A stretch of 64,000 nucleotides of DNA. It comes from a virus (Duplodnaviria; Caudoviricetes). Positions within the stretch are counted from its first letter, which is position 1. The number at the start of each line of letters is the position of its first letter. Shown piece by piece: positions 15,500 through 26,294 of the stretch. Made by a program: the position numbers and the translations under genes. The notes under the pieces were generated by a model that was given only the letters and a program-made list of their open reading frames with translations, had not been told where the DNA came from and made no database searches. The stretch is taken from positions 1 through 64,000 of IMG/VR virus record IMGVR_UViG_3300020576_006967. One strand, given 5' to 3'.

Positions 15500-15757
15500 T
15501 TGTTGACAATGGCAAAAAAAAGTATTAGAAAAGTTCATATTGACGATGAAGTATGGACATGGGTTGCACAAGCAAAGGATCCTGGCGATACGAATGAGGG
15601 TTTTGATATAAGAGTTTATTCCCCAACCAAGAGAATGTATCGAATTGATGGAAAAGAAGTTTATGTTATTAAAGAAGACAATGGAACATCAACTCATTAT
15701 ATAAAACCTGGCAAAGTAAAAAAATACATTCTTAAAACAATTTTAAATAGAACATAA
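15500..15757 (+). CDS. hypothetical protein, paralog of the IS-interrupted gene
   Basis: KKSIRKVHIDDEVWTW ... YIKPGKVKKYI. Confidence 0.6.
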   Translation: MLTMAKKSIRKVHIDDEVWTWVAQAKDPGDTNEGFDIRVYSPTKRMYRIDGKEVYVIKEDNGTSTHYIKPGKVKKYILKTILNRT

Positions 15758-15758
15758 C

Positions 15759-15977
15759 ATGGATGTTGAAATATGTGAATCTTGTCAAGGGATAGGAGAG
15801 GTAAGAGAGCATGTTGCTCATAATTACTTTTTTAACAAGTGTGAATCTTGCAATGGTACTGGTAGAGTATTAACAAGAACATATAGTTACACTGTTCCTT
15901 TTGATAGGGATAAAAAAGAAATTTATATAATTGATTCTGAAATTGTTAGTTTAATTAGAAAAATAGAAAAAAAATGA
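15759..15977 (+). CDS. DnaJ-type zinc-finger small protein
   Basis: CESCQGIG and CESCNGTG. Confidence 0.65.
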   Translation: MDVEICESCQGIGEVREHVAHNYFFNKCESCNGTGRVLTRTYSYTVPFDRDKKEIYIIDSEIVSLIRKIEKK

Positions 15978-16183
15978 GATCTAGACAAAAAAATATCACA
16001 GCAACATTCACGGGATTAGATGGTTCATGCGGATTTAAAAATGGCAAAGAGTACAAATTAAGTTTGAGAAAAATATCTCTTCAGAATTTTTCAGTTAGCG
16101 ATTCTGATGGCAATTATTGCGAATATGGATCTGCGATTGCTTTTTTGAACAATTGGGATAACGTAAAGAATGTTAAGTCTTAA

Positions 16184-16627
16184 ATGAAAGCTTTATTTCT
16201 TGATATTGATGGTGTTTTAAACGATTGTATTGCTCCAGGTGTTATGCATTGGAACTCTACTTTGCCTGATTGCGTAGCAAGATTGAATAGCATTACAGAA
16301 AGAACTGGCGCTAAAATTTATGTTATATCTAGTTGGGTTGATGATGTCTTCTTTACAGTCGATAAAATTAATATTGTGACATTCCTTGAGTCGAGGGGTG
16401 TTACAGCTGGGACCATAATTGGGACAAGGTTAAGAGGATCAACAAAGGAAGAAGGTATAAAACAGATTCTTGCCGAAAATCACGACATCGAAGATTTTAT
16501 AATTATTGACGACAATATTTCTATTGTAACAAATGAATATATGAAGTCAAGACAAATAAAAACTTCAAGCCTTGAGGGGCTTAAAGAACACGATGTAGAA
16601 AAAGCAGTAGCAATGTTAAGCGAATAA
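16184..16627 (+). CDS. HAD-family phosphatase (Swiss-army-knife RNA-repair type)
   Basis: LFLDIDGVLN, VISSW, IIIDD. Confidence 0.8.
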   Translation: MKALFLDIDGVLNDCIAPGVMHWNSTLPDCVARLNSITERTGAKIYVISSWVDDVFFTVDKINIVTFLESRGVTAGTIIGTRLRGSTKEEGIKQILAENHDIEDFIIIDDNISIVTNEYMKSRQIKTSSLEGLKEHDVEKAVAMLSE

Positions 16628-16842
16628 ATCATGAACTCAGATAAATATAGCAAAGAATACTACGAATTTATTTTAGAAGATAAAAAACCTTGTACAAAAG
16701 CAAGAGAAATTGTTTATAAAATAATTCATGACCTTTCAGATAGAAGAGGAATTGCGGACGAATTTGATCAAATAGATGCGGAAATCCAAGATGAAATAAT
16801 TGACAAGTGGATTGAATGTGTTGAATCTAGTTTGTAAAAATT

Positions 16843-17640
16843 ATGGAAAAAAACATTAGATGGGTTGTACAGAACAATCTTTATTCTGAAAGCGACTTTG
16901 ATAAAATAAAGTTTTGTTGTGATTCAAATAATATACCTTTCGAGGGGGTTAAAATAATTCCTTTTTCTCCAGATTTGCCAGAATTTACAATAGATGATAA
17001 AACCAATATTTATTATGGTTCTATCAGCTTTATAAATAACGTTTATAATCAATATAACAAACCAAAAGGGGTTTTCTTTAATGATAACTTCTCAATGGAG
17101 AAATACCTTTCTGTGTGGGGCGAATACATGATAAACTCCGAAGCGAAACTCACATCATTCAAAGAATTTTCTTCTCAAAACCATGACAAAGAAAGTTTGT
17201 GGTTTATTCGACCAGACGCAGATGATAAAAGTTTTGCTGGTCAGGTAATGTCTTTCGAAGATATTGTTGACTGGAAATCAAGAATGCAACAATTTGAAAA
17301 TGTTGTTCTTGACGAGAATACAAAGATTATTGTTTCCCCACCATATAATATTAGAAAAGAGTGGAGAAATTATATTATTGGTGGTAAAGTTGTTACTAGC
17401 AGTTTGTATCGAAAAGATTTTAGATTAAATAAATCAAGACAAGATTGTCCAGAAGACATGATAAAATTTGTTGAGGATCGCTGCAAAGCGTTTATGCCTC
17501 ATGATTTATTTGTTATGGACGTTGCTCTTTGTGGTGGCGAGTATTACATCATAGAATGTGGTGGTATGAATTCATGTGGATTTTATGACTGCGATGTGCC
17601 ACTTCTGGTTGAAAAAATAAGTGAGTTTATTTCTGGATAA
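16843..17640 (+). CDS. ATP-grasp protein (R2K/DUF4343-like)
   Basis: FIRPDADDKSFAGQV, EWRNYIIGGKVVTSSLY, FVMDVA...IIE. Confidence 0.75.
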   Translation: MEKNIRWVVQNNLYSESDFDKIKFCCDSNNIPFEGVKIIPFSPDLPEFTIDDKTNIYYGSISFINNVYNQYNKPKGVFFNDNFSMEKYLSVWGEYMINSEAKLTSFKEFSSQNHDKESLWFIRPDADDKSFAGQVMSFEDIVDWKSRMQQFENVVLDENTKIIVSPPYNIRKEWRNYIIGGKVVTSSLYRKDFRLNKSRQDCPEDMIKFVEDRCKAFMPHDLFVMDVALCGGEYYIIECGGMNSCGFYDCDVPLLVEKISEFISG

Positions 17641-17894
17641 TTGCAACCTTTCGTAGATTTGTACGTATAACTGTTTACTATGATTGCAGTAAGGGGAAAT
17701 AAAAAGCCAAATCACGTTTTGGTAAAACCTTTGATAGACAAGGGTTACACTGAAATTTTTTTGATTTTTGCTCCAAGGTTTTCTGTGGAATATGGTTGGA
17801 CATTGGATTGTGAGGGTGGCCCAAGTGGAAAAGGATTTAATAATTGGATTGGGTTTACAAAAAAAGAGGCTATTGATTTTATAAATAAACAATT

Positions 17895-19265
17895 ATGATA
17901 ACAGGTAAAGATTTAATTGCGTTAGGGTTTAAGCCAGCTCCTTGGTTTAAGGATGCAATTGTTCACATCAATATGAACAACTTGTCTGGTGACGCTTTGT
18001 TGGAATACGCTAATAGCTGTGTTCCAGTTGAACCTGTTATGATTCCAGCTCACGCTAACCCTGTTAACTATCACGTTAACCTTGTTGCGGAAACTGAGGA
18101 TGAAAAGGAAAATCTTGCGGGTGTGAACAAAGTGTTGGCAACGATTATGAAAACCCCAACAGTGGTTGCTGGTGCGGTTATGCCAGATGCTTGCCCTACA
18201 GGTGAAAAAAGTGTTCCAGTTGGTACTGTGGTTGTATCTGAAAAGGCAATCCACCCATCTTGGCACTCTGCAGATATTTGTTGTTCGGTGATGTTGACTA
18301 ACTTTGGTATGGTTGACCCTAAAACCGTTTTGGATATGGCCTCCAAAGTAACTCATTTTGGCCCAGGTGGTCGTTCTTCATCGAATCACTTTAGAATGTC
18401 ACGTGATCTTGTGTCTGAGTTTGAAAACAACAATCTTTTGAACACTGAAAGAAGCATGAAGTTGGCAAAAGAGCATCTTGGCACACAAGGTGACGGTAAC
18501 CACTTCTTGTATGTCGGACGTTTAAAGAGAACTGGAGAAACTGTCATTGTGACTCACCACGGTTCACGTGGAGTTGGTGCCAATCTTTATAAGACTGGTA
18601 TGGAAATTGCGGAAAAATTCAGAAAGAAGCTTTCAAAAGAAACCGCTCCTGAAAACGCATGGATTCCATCAGATTCGGATGAAGGTGTTACTTATTGGGA
18701 AGCTCTACAAATCATCCGTAAGTGGACAAAGGAAAATCACTCAGTGATTCATGACGAGATCGCCAAAAAGCTTAAAATTGACGTTTTGAATCGTTTTTGG
18801 AATGAACACAACTTCGTGTTTAAGGACGGGGACTTGTTTTATCACGCTAAGGGGGCAACTCCAGTTGATAAGAAGTTTATGCCAGACGTGAAGGGTCCTC
18901 AAATCATTCCTTTAAACATGTCTCAATCAATTTTATTGGTTGATGGTGGTACCAATGAAAACAATTTAGGTTTTACTCTTCATGGGGCAGGTAGAAATTT
19001 GTCTAGAAGCGCACATAAAAAACTAATGGGCGAAAAAACTAACGAGCAAATTTTCCTTGAGGAAACTAAAGGGATTGATGCTAGATTTCACTCTGGTAAG
19101 ATTGACATTTCAGAGCTTCCATCTGCATATAAAAATGCGGATGAAATAAAAAAACAAATTAAGCAATTTAATTTGTGTGAGGTTGTAGATGAAGTGCTTC
19201 CATACGGTTGTATTATGAGTGGAGAGATAGATGCTCCATGGAAAAACAAAAAGAAGAAAAATTAA
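17895..19265 (+). CDS. rtcB: RtcB-family RNA 3'-P/5'-OH ligase
   Basis: MPDAC, SADICCS, LGTQGDGNHF, HHGSRG, EHNF, HGAGR, ELPSAYK. Confidence 0.93.
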   Translation: MITGKDLIALGFKPAPWFKDAIVHINMNNLSGDALLEYANSCVPVEPVMIPAHANPVNYHVNLVAETEDEKENLAGVNKVLATIMKTPTVVAGAVMPDACPTGEKSVPVGTVVVSEKAIHPSWHSADICCSVMLTNFGMVDPKTVLDMASKVTHFGPGGRSSSNHFRMSRDLVSEFENNNLLNTERSMKLAKEHLGTQGDGNHFLYVGRLKRTGETVIVTHHGSRGVGANLYKTGMEIAEKFRKKLSKETAPENAWIPSDSDEGVTYWEALQIIRKWTKENHSVIHDEIAKKLKIDVLNRFWNEHNFVFKDGDLFYHAKGATPVDKKFMPDVKGPQIIPLNMSQSILLVDGGTNENNLGFTLHGAGRNLSRSAHKKLMGEKTNEQIFLEETKGIDARFHSGKIDISELPSAYKNADEIKKQIKQFNLCEVVDEVLPYGCIMSGEIDAPWKNKKKKN

Positions 19266-20041
19266 AATTTATTTCCCTTTTTTATGTTTTCTAGTGCATC
19301 TAATGGCTGAAAATTTGTATAATGATTTAATCTGATCACATCATCTATTGTTTTTGCAGTTGACAAAGGGATGATGTGATCTAATTGCCAACTTTTTTTG
19401 TTTTTAGAATATTTGCCATTGTTTTCCCAATTCATCCACGATTCAAATTTAGACTCTATATGTTTTTTAAATTGTTCAATAGAGCAACCAAGTATTTTTT
19501 CAGTTCCTGAATTTTTTTTAAAATTTTTCCTTTTAAACGCAGTTCTTATGTTGCTTCTTGTGTTAAACATGAACTTATAGAGTGGATCATTTTTTACTCT
19601 TTCTTTATGTGACTTATTTCTTTTTTCTTTATTGTGTTTTCTGTATGTTTTTACTCTGTTTTTTATGTGTTCTAAGTTGTTGTTGTAATAATTATTTTTT
19701 TTCTTTGAAATACAAGTTTTACAACTTAATCTATAAGTATCTAAATCTTTTCTGAGTGTAAATTCTGAAACTAGCTTTTCTATTTTGCATGTTTTACAAA
19801 TTAAGTGTGTACTATTTTTATTTCCTTTTGATATGTGGTTACACTTTGGACATATACTTTTTTTCATATGTTTTCCAGCGCACTGCTCAAAAACTCCATG
19901 AATTGGACAAATTATCTTTATTTTTTCTGATTCTTTTGTATAAACAACCAATGAATAATCATATTTACCATTGTGAGTAATGGTTGCTCTTCTTATCACC
20001 TCTTCTTGGGTTAATTTGTTCCAATAATTTTTAGTTTTCAT
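19262..20041 (-). CDS. HNH homing endonuclease
   Basis: WQLDHIIPLS...LNHYTNFQPL; N-terminal KYDYS..ICPIHGVF domain. Confidence 0.85.
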   Translation of the reverse strand: MKTKNYWNKLTQEEVIRRATITHNGKYDYSLVVYTKESEKIKIICPIHGVFEQCAGKHMKKSICPKCNHISKGNKNSTHLICKTCKIEKLVSEFTLRKDLDTYRLSCKTCISKKKNNYYNNNLEHIKNRVKTYRKHNKEKRNKSHKERVKNDPLYKFMFNTRSNIRTAFKRKNFKKNSGTEKILGCSIEQFKKHIESKFESWMNWENNGKYSKNKKSWQLDHIIPLSTAKTIDDVIRLNHYTNFQPLDALENIKKGNKF

Positions 20042-20207
20042 CTAAACTTCCTTTTTGAGAGATATCGAAATGTTCTAAAAGCAACCAATTGATCAGCTTT
20101 GATTTATTTGTGAACTGCAGCTCATTTAATTGTTGAGCGTTGTCTGAAGAGATTGTAATTGATAGTTTTTGTTTCTTCTTGTCTGTGTTTATTTTTTTTC
20201 TTCCCAT
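20031..20207 (-). CDS. ribbon-helix-helix-like small protein (58 aa, not in ORF track)
   Basis: MGRKKINTDKKKQKLSITISSDNAQQLNELQFTNKSKLINWLLLEHF. Confidence 0.65.
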   Translation of the reverse strand: MGRKKINTDKKKQKLSITISSDNAQQLNELQFTNKSKLINWLLLEHFDISQKGSLDEN

Positions 20208-20298
20208 GGATTTTTTTATTTAAATATAAATATGGGAGAAAAAGTAAAATTCGCTTTAATCTTACCAAATTGACTTAACTAATTGATAATCAGGTTAA

Positions 20299-20457
20299 TT
20301 ATTTTTGTTTTGAATTGGTTTTTTCTCGTTTTTTGAAGTATTCTGATAGGAGTGAATCAATAAGTTTTGATTTATTGAAGTTCCCTTCATCTAGCTTTTT
20401 AAGGATCTCTGGGTCCAGGGCTATGCTGATCTTTGTATAGGTTGTTTTAGCGCTCAT
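20299..20457 (-). CDS. ribbon-helix-helix-like small protein
   Basis: KISIALDPEILKKLDEGNFNKSKLIDSLLSEYF. Confidence 0.65.
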   Translation of the reverse strand: MSAKTTYTKISIALDPEILKKLDEGNFNKSKLIDSLLSEYFKKREKTNSKQK

Positions 20458-20655
20458 AATGAGAAATATATAGGTTTTTAAATATAAAACAAAAAAAAGT
20501 TTGCACAATTAAATTAATTGTTGTATATTTGTACCAGAGAAGAAATAAGTGTCTGAAAATTTCTTTGACCTGTTTAGGGAGAAGGCACACGGGGAAACCC
20601 CACGATAAGATTCCGTCGGTGTAAAAATGAGAATCAAAAAATAAAACAAAAAAAG

Positions 20656-21531
20656 ATGAAAACATCTAATTTGGGCGCTCGCCCTGAAATCAAACGCTTT
20701 ACAAAAGCAAAACTTCGTGAACTTATTAAAACTGAAAACTTGCCTGTTTGGCAACGTTGGAAAGTGGAAAAAAACGTCAAAGATTTGAGTAAATCCATTA
20801 GAGAATCTGGATCTCTAAGACTTCCAATTGTAGAAAAATTAATGTCCGAAAAAGGCAGAGAAATTCTAATTGATGGTAGGCACCTTGTAGAGGCTTATTG
20901 TCTGGACGAATCAATTTCTGATGAACAAGAATTTGAATGCATTTTCAAGGTAGTATTAAATATGACTGAGGCTGCAAGAGATTTTAGAAATCTAAATACA
21001 ACAGGTAAACAATTAGATTGGGTTGATATCACTCATTTGTATATGCATGCCCACAAAGAAAAAGGCAATGTATATGAAATAATTTGGAATCACTTTTTTA
21101 AAAATCCTTCAAACTTAAAGGATGTAAAAAATGTTCTTCCAAGAGGATTCAGCGTTTCTACAATTATTGAATTCCTTGTAAGTAATAAAGATGCTTATAG
21201 AAAAGGAGAAGCTACAGAAAGTGGTGAATTTTATGAAAGAAGAGATCTTCTTGAATATCTAATGAGTAATGTAGAATCTGTTTGGGAAAAAGAGTTTCCA
21301 TCGGAAAAAAAGGGTATCCCTCCAAATGGTGCTGCAATACTTGAGTTTGCAAATTATTGGTTTTCTAGCGGTGTTTACAAAAAACATTCTAATGAAGATT
21401 TTTTACGTTTTGCTAATGAAATTTTCTTAGAAAATCAAGCAGGATTAAAATCTCGTACTGTAGCAATTTATAGAGATACTGCAAAAAGTCTTATGAGAAA
21501 ACATTTGAAAAAACAAGTGCAAATAGCTTAA
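20656..21531 (+). CDS. ParB/Srx-like N-terminal domain protein
   Basis: WQR, LSKSIRESGSLRLPIV, ILIDGRHL. Confidence 0.55.
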   Translation: MKTSNLGARPEIKRFTKAKLRELIKTENLPVWQRWKVEKNVKDLSKSIRESGSLRLPIVEKLMSEKGREILIDGRHLVEAYCLDESISDEQEFECIFKVVLNMTEAARDFRNLNTTGKQLDWVDITHLYMHAHKEKGNVYEIIWNHFFKNPSNLKDVKNVLPRGFSVSTIIEFLVSNKDAYRKGEATESGEFYERRDLLEYLMSNVESVWEKEFPSEKKGIPPNGAAILEFANYWFSSGVYKKHSNEDFLRFANEIFLENQAGLKSRTVAIYRDTAKSLMRKHLKKQVQIA

Positions 21532-21549
21532 AAACATATTATGTAATTT

Positions 21550-21584
21550 AAAAACCAGGTTTAAGTTTTAAACCTGGTTTTTTT
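21550..21584 (+). terminator. intrinsic terminator
   Basis: AAAAACCAGGTTTAA-GTT-TTAAACCTGGTTTTT. Confidence 0.85.
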
Positions 21585-21626
21585 GTAACCTTTATTTGAT
21601 AATTTCGTATAAATAAATAAAAAACT

Positions 21627-22637
21627 ATGAAAAAAATAAAAAACTATATATTTTTTGTGTTATTTGCGTTTGTTATTTCTTGTTCGCAAAATAGCAAACA
21701 GGATAATTTAATTACAAACAACGGCAAGGTTATTGTGTCAAATGGGAAAGATATAAAAGATACAATATCATATACTTGTGTTGGGTGCCAAGAAAACATA
21801 AAATATGAATGGCTTTTGAATTCTATTTGTGACAGACTTACTTCTGACACACGTAAATTAATGAAATTTCCACTTAGTTTTATTCCGATAAAAATTGATA
21901 TAACTATCATTAAACAAGATTCGTTAATTGATTTTGAAACAAATAAAACAATGGATACAACATATTATGTGATTGCTAAATATTATTATAATGCAAAAAA
22001 CGCATATGGAAATGAATTGGAAGGTGATGTATTAACCTCTATTTATATTGATGCAAAAGGTAACACAGTAGATATAGAAGATAAAATCAAACTAGATAAT
22101 TTAAAATTTGAAGGATCTAGCATAAATAGAAATTTGAATTTATGGGATATTTCTGATGGGAGTTCTATTTCTGTAATTCCAACAAAAAACAAACAAATAA
22201 TAGTATCTACTAGTATAAATTGTGTCAGAGAAGGCGCATGGCTTATTATAAGACTTGAAAATAAAGAAGAAATAACTCTTGTTTCTTGGAATGATTTTAA
22301 TTGTGATGGAAATTCTTATTTTAAATGGTTTAATGCTAAACAAATAAACAAGCTTAAAGAAAGCAATGTGGCATCAGTATCTTTAATTGATAAAGAAAGC
22401 GTTGCTTGTGTTGTGCCAAAAAACAAATCCGATTATTTTATCCAGTTGTTAAGCTTGTTTAATGATGGTAAAAAAGTGTCATTAGATTCATATTCGAAAA
22501 ACAATAAAAGAACATCTGAAAAAAACAACGAAGAAGATGAAAAGTCTAACAATGATAAAAATAAAATTTATGAAGAATGGCTTAAAACTGATAAAAAAAT
22601 AACTTATGATGAATATTATAAAAGTAAAAATAAATAA
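21627..22637 (+). CDS. putative lipoprotein
   Basis: signal with lipobox VISC. Confidence 0.65.
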   Translation: MKKIKNYIFFVLFAFVISCSQNSKQDNLITNNGKVIVSNGKDIKDTISYTCVGCQENIKYEWLLNSICDRLTSDTRKLMKFPLSFIPIKIDITIIKQDSLIDFETNKTMDTTYYVIAKYYYNAKNAYGNELEGDVLTSIYIDAKGNTVDIEDKIKLDNLKFEGSSINRNLNLWDISDGSSISVIPTKNKQIIVSTSINCVREGAWLIIRLENKEEITLVSWNDFNCDGNSYFKWFNAKQINKLKESNVASVSLIDKESVACVVPKNKSDYFIQLLSLFNDGKKVSLDSYSKNNKRTSEKNNEEDEKSNNDKNKIYEEWLKTDKKITYDEYYKSKNK

Positions 22638-22684
22638 GTGAAAGCCAAGCCAATCGTGATTTGTTTATGTCTTAAAAAATAATT

Positions 22685-23203
22685 ATGAAAACTCTAGTCA
22701 TACATCCTAAAGATTTTACTACAAGATTTCTGTCTGAAATCTATGCGGATAAAGATTGGACTGTAATCAACGATAATGTTTCGCATAAAAATTTAAAAAA
22801 AGCCATAAAAGATCATGATAGAGTTGTTATGCTTGGTCATGGTACAGAAGATGGTTTAATTGGTCATAAACGGTTTATGGTTGATTCTAAGCTTGTTTAT
22901 TTGCTTAGAGATAAACCAGACTCAGTTTATATATGGTGCAACGCAGACGTGTTTGTAAAGAAGTATGACCTAAAAGGTTTTTATACTGGAATGATAATAT
23001 CAGAAATTGATGAAGCCATATACTGTTGTGTTAATTTCAAAGCTAGCTCAGACATTGAGGATTCAAACAAGTTGTTTTCAAAAGTTGTAAAAGACTCAAT
23101 TGATATGAAGGCCGCAGATATGTGTCATCATATGGTAAACAATTATGTGACTGAAGATAACAATATAATTCATTTTAATCACGCCAATATTTATAACAGA
23201 TGA
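22685..23203 (+). CDS. hypothetical protein
   Basis: 172-aa ORF with MLGHG and IWCNAD. Confidence 0.6.
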   Translation: MKTLVIHPKDFTTRFLSEIYADKDWTVINDNVSHKNLKKAIKDHDRVVMLGHGTEDGLIGHKRFMVDSKLVYLLRDKPDSVYIWCNADVFVKKYDLKGFYTGMIISEIDEAIYCCVNFKASSDIEDSNKLFSKVVKDSIDMKAADMCHHMVNNYVTEDNNIIHFNHANIYNR

Positions 23204-23912
23204 AAAAACAAACAGTTCCTGCTAAAATAATTGCCACGAAAGATGACCTTTCTAGTGTAGGCATAGATTTCGTTGAAGCATTTGGAGATCTTGAGGGAAG
23301 AGATGTTGAGGTTTACGATGTCGATAAGTACTGGGGAATGCACGGTTTAAACTCTGGGATTATTGTAGAAAGTATAAATCCTATACTAAAAGAGTTAAAT
23401 ATAAAATCAGATTTTATTATTCCAACAAAATGGCTTAAATTTGTATAAAATTTAGGTTATGGATGTTTTAGAATTACTCAAAGGAAAAAAGATGTCTATC
23501 ATGACAGACATGAAGGTTGAGGTTGAACTTATCATTGAATCTGTAAATGAAGAACATCATTCGCAAGACATAGGCCCATCAAACGCAGCAAATGATTGGT
23601 GGCCAGAACAAAGAACTTGGCAAACTTTTACAGTTAAATTTACGAATGGCGCTAAAAAAGTATATAGCAGTTTAAGCGAAATAAAAATAATTGATTAATG
23701 GAAAAAAATTTACGCAATAAAATTAAAGACGTTCTTCCTCCAGGGAGTTCAAAAGAATTAATTGATTCAGCACACAAGTTTGTACAGGGTAGAGAGAGGA
23801 TGGCTTTTATTTCTGCGAGAATTCCTTTTTCATTTGGTCCAATTAAAGTTAATAATAGCCAGACGTTATACCGATACAAAGATGAGAACGAATATTTAAA
23901 CACGCCAGAATA

Positions 23913-24284
23913 ATGGAACCATTAAAAGCGGAGCAGTGGATTAAGGCTCAAAGCCCAGTCTATAAAAATTGGAAAGATAGTGGGCTGTTAGAAGATTTAT
24001 CTTTTGAAGAATCTTATGCTCTTTCTATGAAATTAGAAGAAATGGCTTCGTTGATTTTGAATGTTGTTACAATAAATGATGAAACCAGAATTGGAACTTT
24101 AATGTTTCCAATAATTATAAGAACTTATAGAAGACATCAATATTTGATTAAGAGTTGCTCTGCTGTATATTCTTTTGTGAATTCACATCTGTTTATGATT
24201 GGAGAGTTTTCGTTGTCGTTCACAGATCCAGAAGCCGAATTTGTTTCTCGTATGTGTGTTCAAATTTCTGCATTAAAATTATAA
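23913..24284 (+). CDS. hypothetical protein resembling the N-terminal segment of T4-like major capsid proteins
   Basis: WKDSGLLEDL...LEEMA...MFPIIIRTYRR. Confidence 0.4.
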   Translation: MEPLKAEQWIKAQSPVYKNWKDSGLLEDLSFEESYALSMKLEEMASLILNVVTINDETRIGTLMFPIIIRTYRRHQYLIKSCSAVYSFVNSHLFMIGEFSLSFTDPEAEFVSRMCVQISALKL

Positions 24285-24711
24285 AAAATGGAACAAGAAA
24301 AAGACTTTTGGGTAGAGTGCAATGTGTGCAAAACTCAATATAAAAATCATGTAGGATCTACAGCTTGCTGCGGGTCCATTGCTTATTTGGTTGAGAATGG
24401 CAAAAAAACAAAAAAAATTACTCTCTTTGCTTCAGTCGATGGAGGGGAAATTAAACCGACAATAATAACACAAAAATGAAAACAGTAGTAGTAATTAAAA
24501 AAGAAGATATTAAGACAAGTATCTATGGTAACACGTTAGGTATACAATTGGGACCAGACTTGCTTGCTTCTGTAACCATAGAGGCTATGGATGAACTTGT
24601 GGCAGATTACAAAATACTAAGAGAAAGAATCACTCCTGAACAAGGAGAATTTAACGGTTTAGAAAAAGGTTAAAAAGAAACCTTTTTGTTTTTCTTGCGT
24701 ATAAGTAAAAC

Positions 24712-25494
24712 ATGGTAATACACAAACATATAGCATATCGTTTTTTGACTGATGATAAGTTGGCTTTTGAAATTGTAGAAGCTACACATTCTTCAGAGTG
24801 GCAAAAATTATTGAATGACCCTGACAGTAAGGTATCTTCAAAAATAGCTACTTTGTATGATTTGGTTAGAAAAGAAAATCAAACGCCATATATTATAACA
24901 GAATCTGTTTTGGAAAATTTGTCTTTATTAAAAATAAGCAAGAAAGGAGAACATTTTGATTGGACATTTTTTAAAAATTTGAAAGATCAAAAAGTAACTT
25001 TTATACTTCCAGATAATGTTTTAATTAGAATGGTTATTCATGGAGAAATAATAAATTTGTTTCATTTGGGGTTTAATTTTACAACAAAGACCAGAGAAAA
25101 AGGAGAGGGCCACATGAAGTGGATTATGTATTTTTTAAATAGAAACACTGGTGAGCTTTGTGAACATTTCGAGCATCAAGATGTGAAAGATATAGAAGAA
25201 ACAGTTTACAAATTTTTGTGTTTCTTTTATTTGTCTGACAATCAGGAAGAAATTATTATGCCAGGTAAAGTACACGGCACAAGAAAGAGTGGAAAAGTTT
25301 TAAATAATTTTAATTTCCCAATTACAATTGTAAATAGCAAGTGGAACATAACAAGCATTAGAAATGAAGGTTTTGGAGTTAGTGGTCACTTCGCTACAAG
25401 ATGGACTGGTGCTGGTAGAAATATTCCAAAAGTTGTATTTATAGAACCATTTGAAAAAGAAGGTTATATTAGAAAGGCCAAAAAGCCAGAGTAA
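24712..25494 (+). CDS. hypothetical phage protein
   Basis: 260-aa ORF behind CGTATAA promoter. Confidence 0.65.
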   Translation: MVIHKHIAYRFLTDDKLAFEIVEATHSSEWQKLLNDPDSKVSSKIATLYDLVRKENQTPYIITESVLENLSLLKISKKGEHFDWTFFKNLKDQKVTFILPDNVLIRMVIHGEIINLFHLGFNFTTKTREKGEGHMKWIMYFLNRNTGELCEHFEHQDVKDIEETVYKFLCFFYLSDNQEEIIMPGKVHGTRKSGKVLNNFNFPITIVNSKWNITSIRNEGFGVSGHFATRWTGAGRNIPKVVFIEPFEKEGYIRKAKKPE

Positions 25495-26294
25495 TGAACG
25501 AATCACAGAAATATTGCAGGAGCCTACATGCTCAAATTTCGTTGGGAACAACCTCTGATGATCGTTTCATGCCAGATGGTTATGTAAAAGCTTTTGCTGA
25601 TATGAAAAAGCTTATTTTGAGCGAGAAGTTGGATGGGCAGAATGATTGCTATACAAAATACGGATTGTTTGCCAGATCTCACGCCGCCGCTTCTCAATTA
25701 CCTTGGGATAAACCAATGATCCAGCGCTGGGAGCTTTTAAAAAATGATCTTGGCGACCTTGAATTGTTTGGAGAGAACATGTATGGTGAACACACCATCG
25801 GCTATTCAAAATTAGAATCTTATTTTTATCTTTTTGGAGTGAGAGAAAAAGATCGTTGGCTTTCCTGGGAAGAAGTTCAGTTTTATGCTGGGCTTTATGA
25901 TTTTCCAACGGTTCCAACTATAGAAGTAAAATTTCCATTGATCGACTTTTTAAAAGATGGAGTTGATGAAAATATTTGTTTTAGAAATTGGCTTATTGCT
26001 AATTTGGGAATGTCTTGGGAAGACAGTATAAACACTCCAGGTCTTCTTGGGGGCTATGACACAATAACTGGAGAAGATGCTTCAGAAGGCTTTGTAATAA
26101 GAAATGCTGATGGGTTTGAGACAAATAGCGGAGTGCTTAAAACTGATTGGAATGAATTTAATAACTTGATGAAATTGGTCCGCCCTGGTCATGTAAAAAC
26201 AGATGAGCATTGGACAAAGAATTGGAAGCCAGCAAAATTAATTGATTACACCAAGTATAATTGGAATGCTTATGAATTTTTAAAAAGTAAATAA
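25494..26294 (+). CDS. ATP-dependent RNA ligase family protein
   Basis: motif I EKLDGQN, LFGEN, FYLFGV, EGFVIR, MKLVR. Confidence 0.85.
   Translation: MNESQKYCRSLHAQISLGTTSDDRFMPDGYVKAFADMKKLILSEKLDGQNDCYTKYGLFARSHAAASQLPWDKPMIQRWELLKNDLGDLELFGENMYGEHTIGYSKLESYFYLFGVREKDRWLSWEEVQFYAGLYDFPTVPTIEVKFPLIDFLKDGVDENICFRNWLIANLGMSWEDSINTPGLLGGYDTITGEDASEGFVIRNADGFETNSGVLKTDWNEFNNLMKLVRPGHVKTDEHWTKNWKPAKLIDYTKYNWNAYEFLKSK

Noticed and set aside
17922-18356. Antisense ORFs within rtcB and similar shadows in other long genes
   Set aside because: No motifs; they are shadows of the sense-strand codon pattern.
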